A stretch of 36,102 nt of DNA from Octopus bimaculoides (Eukaryota), in NCBI RefSeq assembly GCF_001194135.2, contig NC_069001.1:30698920-30735021 (forward strand). The letters run 5' to 3'. A program made the position numbers and the translations under genes. Below are positions 1-9,850 of this stretch, piece by piece (the stretch's first letter is position 1; each line of letters opens with the position of its first letter). The notes under the pieces were generated by a model. That model searched no databases and was not told the DNA's origin. It was given only the letters and a program-made list of their open reading frames with translations.

Positions 1-166
1 ATGTATGTATGTATAAATGTATGCATATATATATATGTATGTATGTATAAATGTATGCATATATATATATGTATGTATGTATAAATGTATGCATATATAT
101 ATATGTATGTATGTATAAATGTATGCATATATATATATGTATGTATGTATAAATGTATGCATATAT
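1..166. repeat. 34-bp minisatellite (ATGTATGTATGTATAAATGTATGCATATATATAT), about 5 copies, running off the window start
   Basis: The unit repeats essentially exactly from base 1 and decays into (TA)/(TG) sequence at about 166. Confidence 0.9.
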
Positions 167-459
167 ACATACGTGTGTGTTTATAATTACACATATGAGT
201 ACATATGTGTATATATATGTATGTATATATAATCATTGTTTTAACAGCAAACTGATAATTATTTGATTAAATTTGACAGTTCCCGAGAAGTGAACTCTGT
301 AATAAAATTCTTCACATACGGTTCAATGTTTGTTTATTGTTTATGCATACATGCATACATATAAACATACGCACACATGTATATACATATATACGGATCT
401 TATGTATAAAGGTTTGCATGTATATATCTCTATTTCTCTCTGTATGTATATATATATTT

Positions 460-1250
460 AAATACTATGAGGGTTTGTGATCTAAACGAATAAGTACGCT
501 GAGTAAGGGATATAGTTGGTCGCCCGTTAGGCTATAAGTTCACAGCTGAGGCTGGATCTAGGGATCCGTATTAGGGTTCCGTTATAGTGGGTATATATTA
601 GATGAAAAAGCAAACCCAAGGCAGGACGAGTATTTCAAGTCATTTAGAATAATTTACTTTGGGTAAGGTGAATCTGAAATCTTACACCCGTTTCTGGGAT
701 AATCCAAGTGGTAGGTAAACATGTCCACGCACTGGGCGTTCTATCATCAGAGACAAGATACGAATATTTTAGACAGGGAAAAGTTACAGTTTACAGGGAA
801 TAAAATATTCACAGTTTATAAGGAATAAAGTAGAAGAATAAAGGGTAAATGTGGATTAAAGGCGGAAGAATGATGGTTACAACACATCTTTTTCTAGAGG
901 ATGTGGATGTTGGTCGGTACTTCCATGAAAGTACAGGTCCTTTGTTAAAATCCCAGGTAAATCCAGGTGGAATTTTGGCAGCATTTTGAATGATGTATTC
1001 ATATTGAAGCGGTAGATATTATGTAAATGTATATATAGAGCGAGAAAGTAAGAGAGACATAAATGGGTATTGTGAGTGGATGTATATGGGAGAGAGAGGA
1101 GAAAGAGAGGGTGGCGAAGGGAATAAAAAAGGGGATGATAGAGATTTGTCAGTAATGCATTAGGTTGAGGGGTCAAACGTTAAAGTTTCAGTAAAATGGG
1201 GACGGTCGGGAGGCGGGCAATCTAGGTAATGTCACAACGGACAATAGTCA
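460..1250 (-). mobile_element. Probable Penelope-like element 3' terminal remnant (degenerate coding tail, then HHR)
   Basis: Composition is strand-biased and distinct from the flanks. It contains a CTGATGA...GAAAC hammerhead core on the - strand. The upstream - strand ORF 877-1176 (NALLTNLYHPL...LALYIHLHNIYRFNMNTSFKMLP) weakly resembles a GIY-YIG C-terminus. Family assignment is inference. Confidence 0.4.
672..759 (-). ncRNA. Type I hammerhead ribozyme motif with extended stem I
   Basis: The - strand reads AUCU-U-GUCU-CUGAUGA-[49 nt stem II region]-GAAAC-GGGU-GU-A-AGAU-UUC-AGAU. The core boxes are intact, the cleavage triplet is GUA, stem I has 4+4 bp around a 1x3 internal loop, and stem III is AC/GU with a 4-nt loop. 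Basal stem II is mismatched. Confidence 0.6.
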
Positions 1251-1505
1251 AATTTATATTTCAAGAATAATAGTAATTAATTGATAGGAGATAGAGGATT
1301 AACTTAAAGCAAAGATTAAATCTTGAAGCCTAAAGTTAAAATTAGAATCTAAGAAAACTAAAACCTAAAAATTTAAAATGATTGAATTGAAACCAGCTAC
1401 GTTCTAAGATACTTACGTTGAAAGGTAGAGGTAAAGAAAATGAGGTAAAACGAAAAAAAGAAAAAAAAAGTGTATATATATATATATATATATATGTATG
1501 TTGTT

Positions 1506-1880
1506 GTTGGCACCGTCACTTCCGACGTCGAGGGTTCCAGTTGATCCGATCAACGGAACAGACTGCTCGTGAAATTAACGTGCAAGTGGCTGACCACTCC
1601 ACAGACACGTGTACCCTTAACGTAGTTCTCGGGGAGATTCAGCGTGACACAAAGTATGACAAAGCTGGCCCTTTGAAATATAGGTACAACAGAAATTGGA
1701 AGAAAGAGTGAGAGAAAGTTGTAGTGGAAGAGTACAGCAGGGTTCGCCACCATCCCCTGCTGGAGCGTCGTGGAACTTTAAGTGTTTTCGCTTAATAAAC
1801 ACTCACAATGCTCGGTCTGGGAATCGAAACCACGATCCTACGACCGCGAGTCCGCTGCCCTAACTACTGGACCATAGTAC
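1506..1880 (-). mobile_element. tRNA-derived SINE, family A (near full length)
   Basis: The - strand head TGGTCCAGTAGTTAGGGCAGCGGACTCGCGG...GGTTTCGATTCCC has Pol III A/B boxes. The body is shared with 4493-4820 and 14683-14990, and there is a (CAA)n tail. Confidence 0.85.
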
Positions 1881-2227
1881 CTGCACCTTAATAAGTAATC
1901 AAAGGTCACGTATGTATAATAGGAAATTCACAAGTAGTGTATAGCTAATATATTCCTAATATGACAATCGGTACTACATGAACTAGATTATAGATACAAT
2001 TAGTTTCATATGGCACACTAATTAGAAGACAGGAAGTTTGATTGATTGGGAAAATAATATATGCTTTCACCAATTCACTTAACATTGTATTTCTTTACTA
2101 AATTTTTCATGCATTCTAACTTAAAATATCTACATTTTGAGATGCTTTACAGGATGGACTGGGCATTTATTCAAACAGCACGCACTCGTTCCGATTTAGG
2201 TATATAACCAAACGCAGTTTCTTCATT

Positions 2228-2292
2228 CAGGCACAAGGCCTGAAATTTTGTGGGCGGGGTCAGTCGTTTAGATCGACTCCAGTACGGAACTG
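2228..2292 (-). mobile_element. 3' fragment of SINE family B
   Basis: GCACAAGGCCTGAAATTTTG...CAGTCGTTTAGATCGAC matches the 3' part of the copies at 23312-23798. Confidence 0.65.
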
Positions 2293-2464
2293 TTTCTCCA
2301 TTATGCTTCATTAATAGCTGCTAAATCGTCTCTGTGCATGAGGAGCGCGTAAATACAGAATCATTGCATTGGCATTTTCATCGCAGAAATATTTCTTCCT
2401 AATCGAAGAATCAGATTCAGCGAAGAAAATGAATTAGGTCGTGAGTCACTGTAAACACATTTAT

Positions 2465-2550
2465 CTGTTATCTGCATTGCGTTATCGAGTCCTTTCAGAT
2501 ATATGTACGTACATATATACTCACATAAGTATATACGTATCTACACAACC

Positions 2551-2608
<58 letters not shown>

Positions 2609-2645
2609 TTATATATATACACACACATATACATATACATGCATT
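2465..2645 (+). repeat. Left arm of a long inverted repeat (partner 4075-4240)
   Basis: 2465-2540 is the exact reverse complement of 4165-4240 (76/76). Similarity continues through CTACACAACCATG, (TA)n and TACACACACATATACA. Confidence 0.9.
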
Positions 2646-2951
2646 TTTTTTTTTTTTCAATAACAGACATCTAATATTTTTTATATAAACTATCCAATTA
2701 TGGAGTAAAATTTTCAGGTTATCATAGTGTAATAACGGTAATCTCATTTTGACCACCTTGGAAATCAATCAACACAAACTTAGTATCGATCTTCTTCAGC
2801 TGATTTTTCACTAACTACCACATTATGCGCTGAATCTCAACAACTTAGTCATGCAGACAATGTAGATTTCGTAATGAAAAAGAAATCTATATGCTATTTG
2901 TAACAGATATCATCAAACTAACAAAGTGTATTTGCGTTAAAGTGAAAGAAT

Positions 2952-3177
2952 TTAACTCTTTAGCGTTAGGATTGCTCTGTCAAATATAAATACGTATTTA
3001 TTCTGTTTTGAATGTATTCTGCGTTATCATGCAACCTTGATATATCGAAGATGTGATTTTTTATGTTCAAAATGACATTCCAAGGTAGGTGTCACGTGTG
3101 AGATCCGGCTACTTTGAAGATAAAGCAAGTAGACTATTTTTTGCCGGATATGGCCGGATTAAATGCATAAGGGTTAA
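2952..3177. mobile_element. piggyBac-type MITE (about 218 bp) flanked by TTAA
   Basis: TTAA|CTCTTTAGCGTT ... AATGCATAAGGG|TTAA: TTAA on both sides and imperfect TIRs with C(T/C)C...GGG termini, as expected for piggyBac. Confidence 0.7.
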
Positions 3178-4074
3178 CGAGCGAGTACAAAAAAGTTTAC
3201 AAGATATATTGCATGCAAGATTTTTCGGTGACAAATCTAAATTTATATATATGAGTATATATGCGTCTGATTACACTCTTTATGATATCTGAAAACCAAT
3301 TTTGTGGAATGCGGAGATAGGCATGACACGTCAAACTCTTTTCCTGGCTACCGCTTCATGTCAAACTGCCGACAATTTCTTCCACAACAAAATAGAAAGT
3401 GAGACAGTGAAGAGGAAAAGACGATACAGGATAAGAATGAGAAAAAAAGAGAGTTTTGTGCACAGTACCAAAACTGTATTGTATTTACCTACCATGTATA
3501 AATGGAAGCAAAATGAATGCCGAAAAGATTTGTATTCACTTAAGAAAGCCAAGACAAATAACGATAGACATTCTGCAGTATAGAGATATTTTCTTTCACC
3601 ATTAAGTAAAAGCGTTTCCCAATAGTCTATAGTTTCAAATACAATTAATATTTATCTCTATATAAGTCAACATAAATCATCTCACACCATTTTCTGTGAT
3701 TGCATAACACGTTATAAATATTATTATATAATGGTTATTAGTTCCATCTATGTTAAAATGATGTTGCATTTCAAGTCTAACACGTGAATACTAGTTTTCA
3801 TGATTACAAGAATTACATGCTAGCATATATATCCATTTATAGACAGACATATATATATATATATATATATAAACACACACATTTATGCACATTGAAATAT
3901 ATATATATATATATATGCCAGAGAAAACACAAGCACGTGCACATACAAGTATGAACATATACAAAATCGTACACACACACGCACATACACTCACTTACAC
4001 ATACATATATTCCCATACATATGTATATATTCTTAATGATCTACATTTTATGTACTGTTTGCATAAGCGTGTGT

Positions 4075-4093
4075 ATGCATGTATATGTGTGTG

Positions 4094-4132
<39 letters not shown>

Positions 4133-4240
4133 GGTTGTGTAGATATGTATGTGCACATACGAATATACGTATATACTTATGTGAGTATATATGTACGTAC
4201 ATATATCTGAAAGGACTCGATAACGCAATGCAGATAACAG
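4075..4240 (-). repeat. Right arm of a long inverted repeat (partner 2465-2645)
   Basis: Same match as the left arm. It carries an extra 22 nt (4143-4164) containing the palindrome GTATGTGCACATAC. Confidence 0.9.
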
Positions 4241-4492
4241 GCACTTATATGGAAATCAGTTCTCCCAAGAACTTTAACATTAAGAGAAGGCCAATCAAAC
4301 CAGGAGGAGAATTACAGATAACACTCAATTATATCAAAAATATATTTTAAAGTTTTAGCTTCATCTTAATTAGAAACACTTCGATTTCAAATATTTAATT
4401 AATAAATTCGGAAATAGACGTAGTTACTGGTTGACATGCCATTAATGTCACATGCTGAAAGTTAGAGCACTGTTCTGTATGCTGAAGAGTCG

Positions 4493-4820
4493 TGGCGCTC
4501 TGTTGGTTACGGCGAGGTAGGTTCTAGTTGATCCGATCAACGGAACAGCCTGCATATGAAATTAATGTGCGAGTGGTTGATCACTCCACAGTCGCGTGTA
4601 CTCTTGACGTAGTTCTCGGGAAGATTCAGCGTGACATAGTGTGTGACAAGGCTGGCCCTTTGAGAAACAGGAAGAAAGAGTGAGAGAAAGTTGTGGTGAA
4701 AGAGTACAATAGGGTTCGCCACCAACCCACTGCCGGTGCCTCGTGGAGCTTTAGGTGCTTTCGCTCAATAAACAATCACGACGCCCGATTTGGGAATCGA
4801 AACAGCAATCGTACGATTGC
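4493..4820 (-). mobile_element. SINE family A copy with 5' head truncated after the B-box region
   Basis: Colinear with 1506-1880 (GTTGATCCGATCAACGGAACAG, GATTCAGCGTGACA, GGGAATCGAAAC), with a small internal deletion. Confidence 0.85.
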
Positions 4821-5096
4821 AGGGGTGGGGTAGAATTTCGAGCAAAAGAGATCGTGAAAAAAAAGATGGGGGGAAGCCGATCAATAGGGATCGTGTATCA
4901 CAGAAATGTCATAGTGTAAAATGGGTAACAGTATAGGTTTATCCGTGGAAACGAAAGACTACGGAAAAGACTACGGTAACCTCGAGCAATAATATCATAC
5001 AAAAACACATTACAGTAAATGACTCTCTTTTTTTCCTTTCATTTTCTGCTTCATACGGTTATGCTCAAGGTGGCTCCGTCATTCACATGTACCATC

Positions 5097-5858
5097 TTTG
5101 CGTAGGATGTGTGCAGTGCCCAGTAGTGCAATTTTCTGTATGTTATATATATTTGTAAGTCCTGGTGTTTTTGTTATGTAGTTATCTGAATATTTTTTAT
5201 CATACCTAATGCGCTCACTTTAATAGGAATTGTTTCTGTTTTTAGATTCTACATTCGAGTTACTTTCTATTCCCAGATCTTTGTATATTGAAGCTTTCTC
5301 TATTTCTTTTAGAAAAACGTTGTCATCTACTGGTATTATTATTATTATTATTCTCTTCCAGATTGCTTTGGTCATCACATTATGTCCCATGGGAATATAA
5401 TATCTGGAAGACACTGGAAGACTCTTACAGCTGGCATTAATTTGGCTGATGTCTTCAGTTTTAGTCTTGCAAAGCTTACATTTGTTGTCTGTCCACGTTT
5501 TCTGCTTTCTCATATGCTCTAGGTAATTGTTGAGGATTTCCTGTTCACGGATTGCATGGATGTAGCCTTCAAAGTGGGATGCCATAAACATGTCTTTATA
5601 TGCCACGCTTTTGACATGATCAATCCTTTCTGTCGCTTGTGTTTTACGTGCCAAGTACCCATGCACTATCTTCTCTGTGAACTGGTCCATTTTTCCTGTT
5701 GTTCTGAAAATAGATTTTACCAATGCTCCTTGGATAGAGATTTGTATCAACTCTTATTTCATACCTCACCTGAAGTTCATTAGCAATCCTAATTATGAAA
5801 TTGGTTTCGTGGTTGCAACTTTGGGCAAGATCTTTACTTTTGTCTTTCTTCTTCTCAT
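5097..5858 (-). mobile_element. R4/Dong-clade RLE non-LTR retrotransposon, 3' ORF remnant with frameshifts and an internal gap
   Basis: Translated - strand gives HGYLARK, EGYIHAIREQEI, a zinc knuckle CKLCKTKTEDISQINASC, GHNVM (RHN motif), IPVDDNVFLKEIEKASIYKDLGIE, VSALGMIKK and NIQKIALLGTAHILRK. These are characteristic R4-type C-terminal motifs. Confidence 0.85.
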
Positions 5859-6169
5859 GACGTATGTACGTACGTACGTACGTATGTGTGAATGTATGTA
5901 TGTATGTATGTATGTATGTATATATGTATGTACGTGGAAAAGCGTAGACTTTCGAATCGGTGATTTACTTGCCTTATCAGTTTCCTAACAATGACTCTTT
6001 GTCCATTAATAGGAAAAAAAAAACAAAAAACGTCATGCTGATCTTGTTATTCAACTTGTTCTACGATTCCATCTGAAAAATGTATTTGTAACAGCTTCGA
6101 ATTAGTAGTTCCTACCATTAATGATATCATCTTCAAATATATCTGATAATGATTTTATTAGATACAATT

Positions 6170-6600
6170 TTTAACACAACACCAGTACCATCACTATCAT
6201 CGCCATCATCGCTACCGCATCCACTACCTTCAACATCGTCGTCGTCATCATCATCATCATTTTCTGGTCACCGTCAACATTGTCGTCGCCGTCATCATCA
6301 AAGTCGTGGTTGTCGTCAAGATCTTCATCCTCCACCTCTTCCACCTCCACCACCACCACCTCATCGCCTTCCTCCCCCTCCTCATCCTTATCATCATCCT
6401 CGTGTTCTTGTTCTGTTTTTATCTTCTTTCTCTTCTTTTTCTCCACCTCTTCCTACCCCTCTTCCTCCTCGTTGTCCATCTTCCCCTTCTGCATCATCAT
6501 CATCATCATCATCACCATCAACATCATCACCGCCACCATCATCATCAGCAGCATTATTTACCATGACATTTCGCATCATTAATTAATATAATTTACATCA
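6170..6600. repeat. Mosaic trinucleotide low-complexity tract (CAT/CAC/CGT/CCT/CTT)
   Basis: Simple-repeat mosaic. It opens poly-S/P/H/D frames on both strands. Confidence 0.85.
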
Positions 6601-6822
6601 TGACATTTATTATCAGTAAATTTACTTCTTCAGTTTTTCCAACAACCTCACAACTATCATAATTTTAAATGTTTTATCAACGTTTTTTATGTTCTGTTTC
6701 ATCATTAACGTTAGATTAATTTTTATGATACACAGTGCGGGCATCTGTATCTGCAACATAATCTCTGTGGATGTTGAGTGTTGTTGGTCTTGGTGGTGGT
6801 GGTGTTGTTTCTGTTGTTATTA

Positions 6823-6995
6823 AGGCAGCGAGGTGGAGAAATACTTAGCGGTATTTCGCCCATCACTACGTTCTGAATTCAAATTCCACCGAGGTCCATT
6901 TTGTTTTTCATTATGTCGGGGTCGATAAATTAAGTACTAGTGTAATCGACTAGTCCCTTCCCCACAAATTTGTGGCAGTGTACCATAAGCAAAAT
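6823..6995 (+). mobile_element. SINE family B (MetaSINE-like core) followed by (ATT)n
   Basis: GGCAGCGAG...CTTAGCGGTATTTCG...GTTCTGAATTCAAATTCC...GGGGTCGATAAATTAAGTAC is the same family as 23312-23798. The superfamily label is from memory of the Meta core. Confidence 0.75.
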
Positions 6996-6997
6996 GG

Positions 6998-7051
<54 letters not shown>

Positions 7052-7059
7052 TACGTTAT

Positions 7060-7190
7060 GAGTTCCCATATCCGACCAGATTAACTTTGCCACTCATCAT
7101 TTATGTACCAGTTAAGCACTGGGGTTGATGTAATGGACTTAGCCTCTTTCCCGAAACCACTGGCATTGTGCAAAAATTTGAAACTACTAT
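7060..7190 (+). mobile_element. Degenerate SINE family B 3' fragment
   Basis: GTACCAGTTAAGCACTGGGGTTGATGTAAT...GGCATTGTGCAAAAATTTGAAAC. Confidence 0.6.
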
Positions 7191-7194
7191 TGTT

Positions 7195-7301
7195 GTTGAG
7201 TTCTATATTTTTAGAGATGAGGAATTATAAGCAGTATTTATATTATTTACATTTGGTGGATATCTGTCGTCATCTTGTTTGTTGTTAACACAACTTTTCG
7301 G
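7195..7301 (-). mobile_element. Penelope-type 3' tail A, truncated inside its hammerhead core
   Basis: Homologous to 19030-19140 (GAGATGAGGAATTAT...TTTACATTTG..GGATAT.TGTC.TCATCTTG.TTGTTGTT.ACACAAC.TTTC.G). Confidence 0.7.
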
Positions 7302-7520
7302 GTATAGCTGATCATGTATCGAAAATTGTAGACAAGCTACCCCTGTGGGAGGAAGTTAAAATAATAGACCACTGGAAAATACGAAAACTAAAAGAGCAGC
7401 ACATATGCTAGGGCACAATAACCTCCTAAGCCGACCGAGTGTAGATATGAATAGCATATGCGAACTGGTATTAAGGAAGGATAGGAAAATATTAGATTGT
7501 ATAAGGCCTAAAACTTCACT
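7298..7520 (+). mobile_element. Penelope-like element GIY-YIG endonuclease C-terminal remnant (non-coding element sequence probably continues to about 7900)
   Basis: Reads SGIADHVSKIVDKLPLWEEVKIIDHWKIRKLKE, then a frameshift to A(A)HMLGHNNLLSRPSVDMNSICELVLRK. This matches the PLE GIY-YIG pattern S.IA.H...W..V.I...W..RK.KEA.H. Confidence 0.75.
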
Positions 7521-8044
7521 TATCTTATCGTCCGGAATTGAAGTCACAATGAGATCAACTTTGCCCGTCATCGTTCAGGACTTGACACAACCAAGTTACC
7601 AGTCCAGTAGTGTGTCCATTTGTCTTGGGAAGGGTTGTAAATGAACTGTTTGATGTTGTGCTGTCTGGTCCATATGTTACTCGGCAAGAATATCGTATCT
7701 GAGTGCAGCAAATACGACAAGGCCCAGGGAAGTGGGAGGAAGGACCCACGTAAGAAAGCCAGATAATAGTTATAGTGTCGTCTGTTTGTTTTAGGAATAA
7801 TAACTACTATTGCTCTAATGAAGGTCTGATAGTTAAAATGAAGCAGCAGAATTTTGCGAGAAAAGTAATAGGAGAAGATTCTTTAGTTACTAACATCAAT
7901 ATCCACTGAGGTCTTTATTTTGATTATTTGTTCGAGGCTGGAGTCGTTAAAATACCATACAAGGAGAAGAGGATGCTGAATTTATCTAATACTTATGCTG
8001 TATATATGTATATACTTACTCTTGTATATGTATAATATATGTGT

Positions 8045-8088
<44 letters not shown>

Positions 8089-8089
8089 T

Positions 8090-8240
8090 CCAAGTGTGCA
8101 GAAAACAAAATTCGAAGACACGTGTGTTATTTTAACGCTCGGGAAGAATGGAATAGATTTTTACGTTTCGAGTCTACGCTCTTAGACAGGAAGGATTAGG
8201 AGGGAAAAAATGAGAGAGAATGAAAATAAAAAAAGAATGT
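8090..8240 (-). mobile_element. Penelope-type 3' tail B with a degenerate minimal hammerhead at 8159-8192
   Basis: The - strand reads CTGTCTA-A-GAGC-GTAG-ACTC-GAAAC-GT-A-AAAA...CCCGAGCGTTAAAATAA. Homologous to 21570-21700 (+). Confidence 0.6.
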
Positions 8241-8254
8241 GCACATAGTATATA

Positions 8255-8420
8255 TAAACGATGAACGTCTATGAATTCCGTCAACCAAGTCCACTTCACA
8301 AGGTTGCAGTTGGACCGAGGTTACAAGAGAAGACGCAATTCGAAGGGGCCATGCAGCAGAATTGAACCCGAAACCATGTTGCTGGAAAGCAAACATCCTA
8401 CCTTACCGTCACGCCTGCAT
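8255..8420 (-). mobile_element. tRNA-derived SINE family C (OR2/CORE-like), diverged
   Basis: Reverse complement aligns with 12795-12950 and 35862-36030 (head GGTTTCGGGTTCAATTC, body CCTTGTGAAGTGGACTTGGTTGACGGAA). Confidence 0.7.
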
Positions 8421-8679
8421 CTACAACACAATCTTTAACGCCTATAATGCGTATGTTATATCAAGAATATCATATATTACCGCCATCGTTAAGATGTTCC
8501 TTAATTCAGAAACTAACAAGGATTGCAAGTGCTAACCACGTATTGGATTTGGTACCAGAAGTGTCAAATTATAAACTAGATCGTGTAACACCCGTTCTAA
8601 GTCGAAGCTGTACGTTTCGTTTAACGTTGCCATTAAATTAACCCACAGAAATGTAATATCATTGATATACATAATTAGC

Positions 8680-8915
8680 AGTCTGTCAACGTGATGAGCA
8701 GACTGTCAGCGTGAGAGGCTATTTGTCAGCGTGAGCGCGTGTGTCAGAGTAATTGTTGATAGCAGGTAATTGGATTGTGTAATTGTGTATTGTAATTAAC
8801 TAATTACAGTCCATCGGTTTGTTGGTTGATCGCTCAGCAGCCATGTTTGCCGATCAACTGATGAAAATCTGTCTATCTCTGTGTGTCTGAGTGGGTATAA
8901 AACTATTGATCGGCA
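8680..8915 (+). promoter_or_regulatory. Candidate cis-regulatory module: 20-bp phased TGTCA repeats, a GTAATT homeodomain-type cluster, TTGATCG motifs and TATAAAA
   Basis: TGTCA at 8684, 8704, 8724 and 8742. GTAATT at 8749, 8766, 8779 and 8792. TATAAAA at 8896. Function is inferred from motifs only. Confidence 0.35.
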
Positions 8916-8977
8916 TCTGCACTTATGGTCTAGTCTCTGAAAGTGCATGTATATATGCCTACATGCATATTTATATA

Positions 8978-9012
<35 letters not shown>

Positions 9013-9728
9013 CACATATATATATATATATATGAAGAGAGAAGAGGGGGAGATTTATCCAAATATATTCGCATACTCATATGCGATGCTTATGTGTTTA
9101 TGTCTGTGTGTATGTATGTATGTATGTATGAATATAATGAAATATGTTATGTGTGTGCGTGTCTGTCTATATGTGTGTGTGTGTGTGTGTGGTCGTGCGT
9201 GTTTATATGTACGTATGTACCTATAATCGAAGCTGAATGATCAATCTTGAATTCTATTATAATTATAATTCCATTTCATTTTGTATATAATTTGAGAACT
9301 ATATTTATCTCAATATACAACTTGATAAAAATATAACTCTATATAAGCTGTACGCACTAACAAGCAAACACACACACACACACACGCACACACACCGTAC
9401 ATGGACATATATATATGTATGTGTGTATGTCTGCTCATGTATGCATGTATGTCATTGTTTAGTTTTATTCCAAGATTTCTTGCCAATAAAAGAAAGAGTC
9501 GGTTTCTAACTTAGATTCAAGTTTCCTTCATTGTAATTTCAACATCAACCACAGGGTATTTTAGTTTGAATGTATGCATGTATTCTCGTGCATATAGTTG
9601 CATATGTAGACATACTCATATGTATTTCAATGATAATCTACTGGAAAGTGTTACAGATTTTTATAGTTCTGGTGATGGATTGGTTCTGTATGTATATGTG
9701 TAGAAAAATATACACACTCGTGTGTATG

Positions 9729-9812
<84 letters not shown>

Positions 9813-9850
9813 TATGTCTATATATATAGATAGATATAGACATAGATATA

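Noticed and set aside
1790-1880. tRNA gene
   Set aside because: The A/B boxes belong to a SINE head continuous with a repeated body, and no complete cloverleaf forms. The same applies to the other SINE heads.
3302-3583. 93-aa Lys/Arg-rich ORF
   Set aside because: It has a non-ATG start, reflects purine-rich composition, and has no domain.
6149-6586. Poly-Ser/Pro/His/Asp ORFs
   Set aside because: Trinucleotide mosaics open several frames on both strands, and there is no splice or domain support.
8684-8750. CRISPR-like repeat array
   Set aside because: These are tandem degenerate 20-mers with no unique spacers, in a eukaryotic context with no cas genes.
8858-8905. CTGATGA as a hammerhead core
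   Set aside because: No stem II or GAAA box follows.
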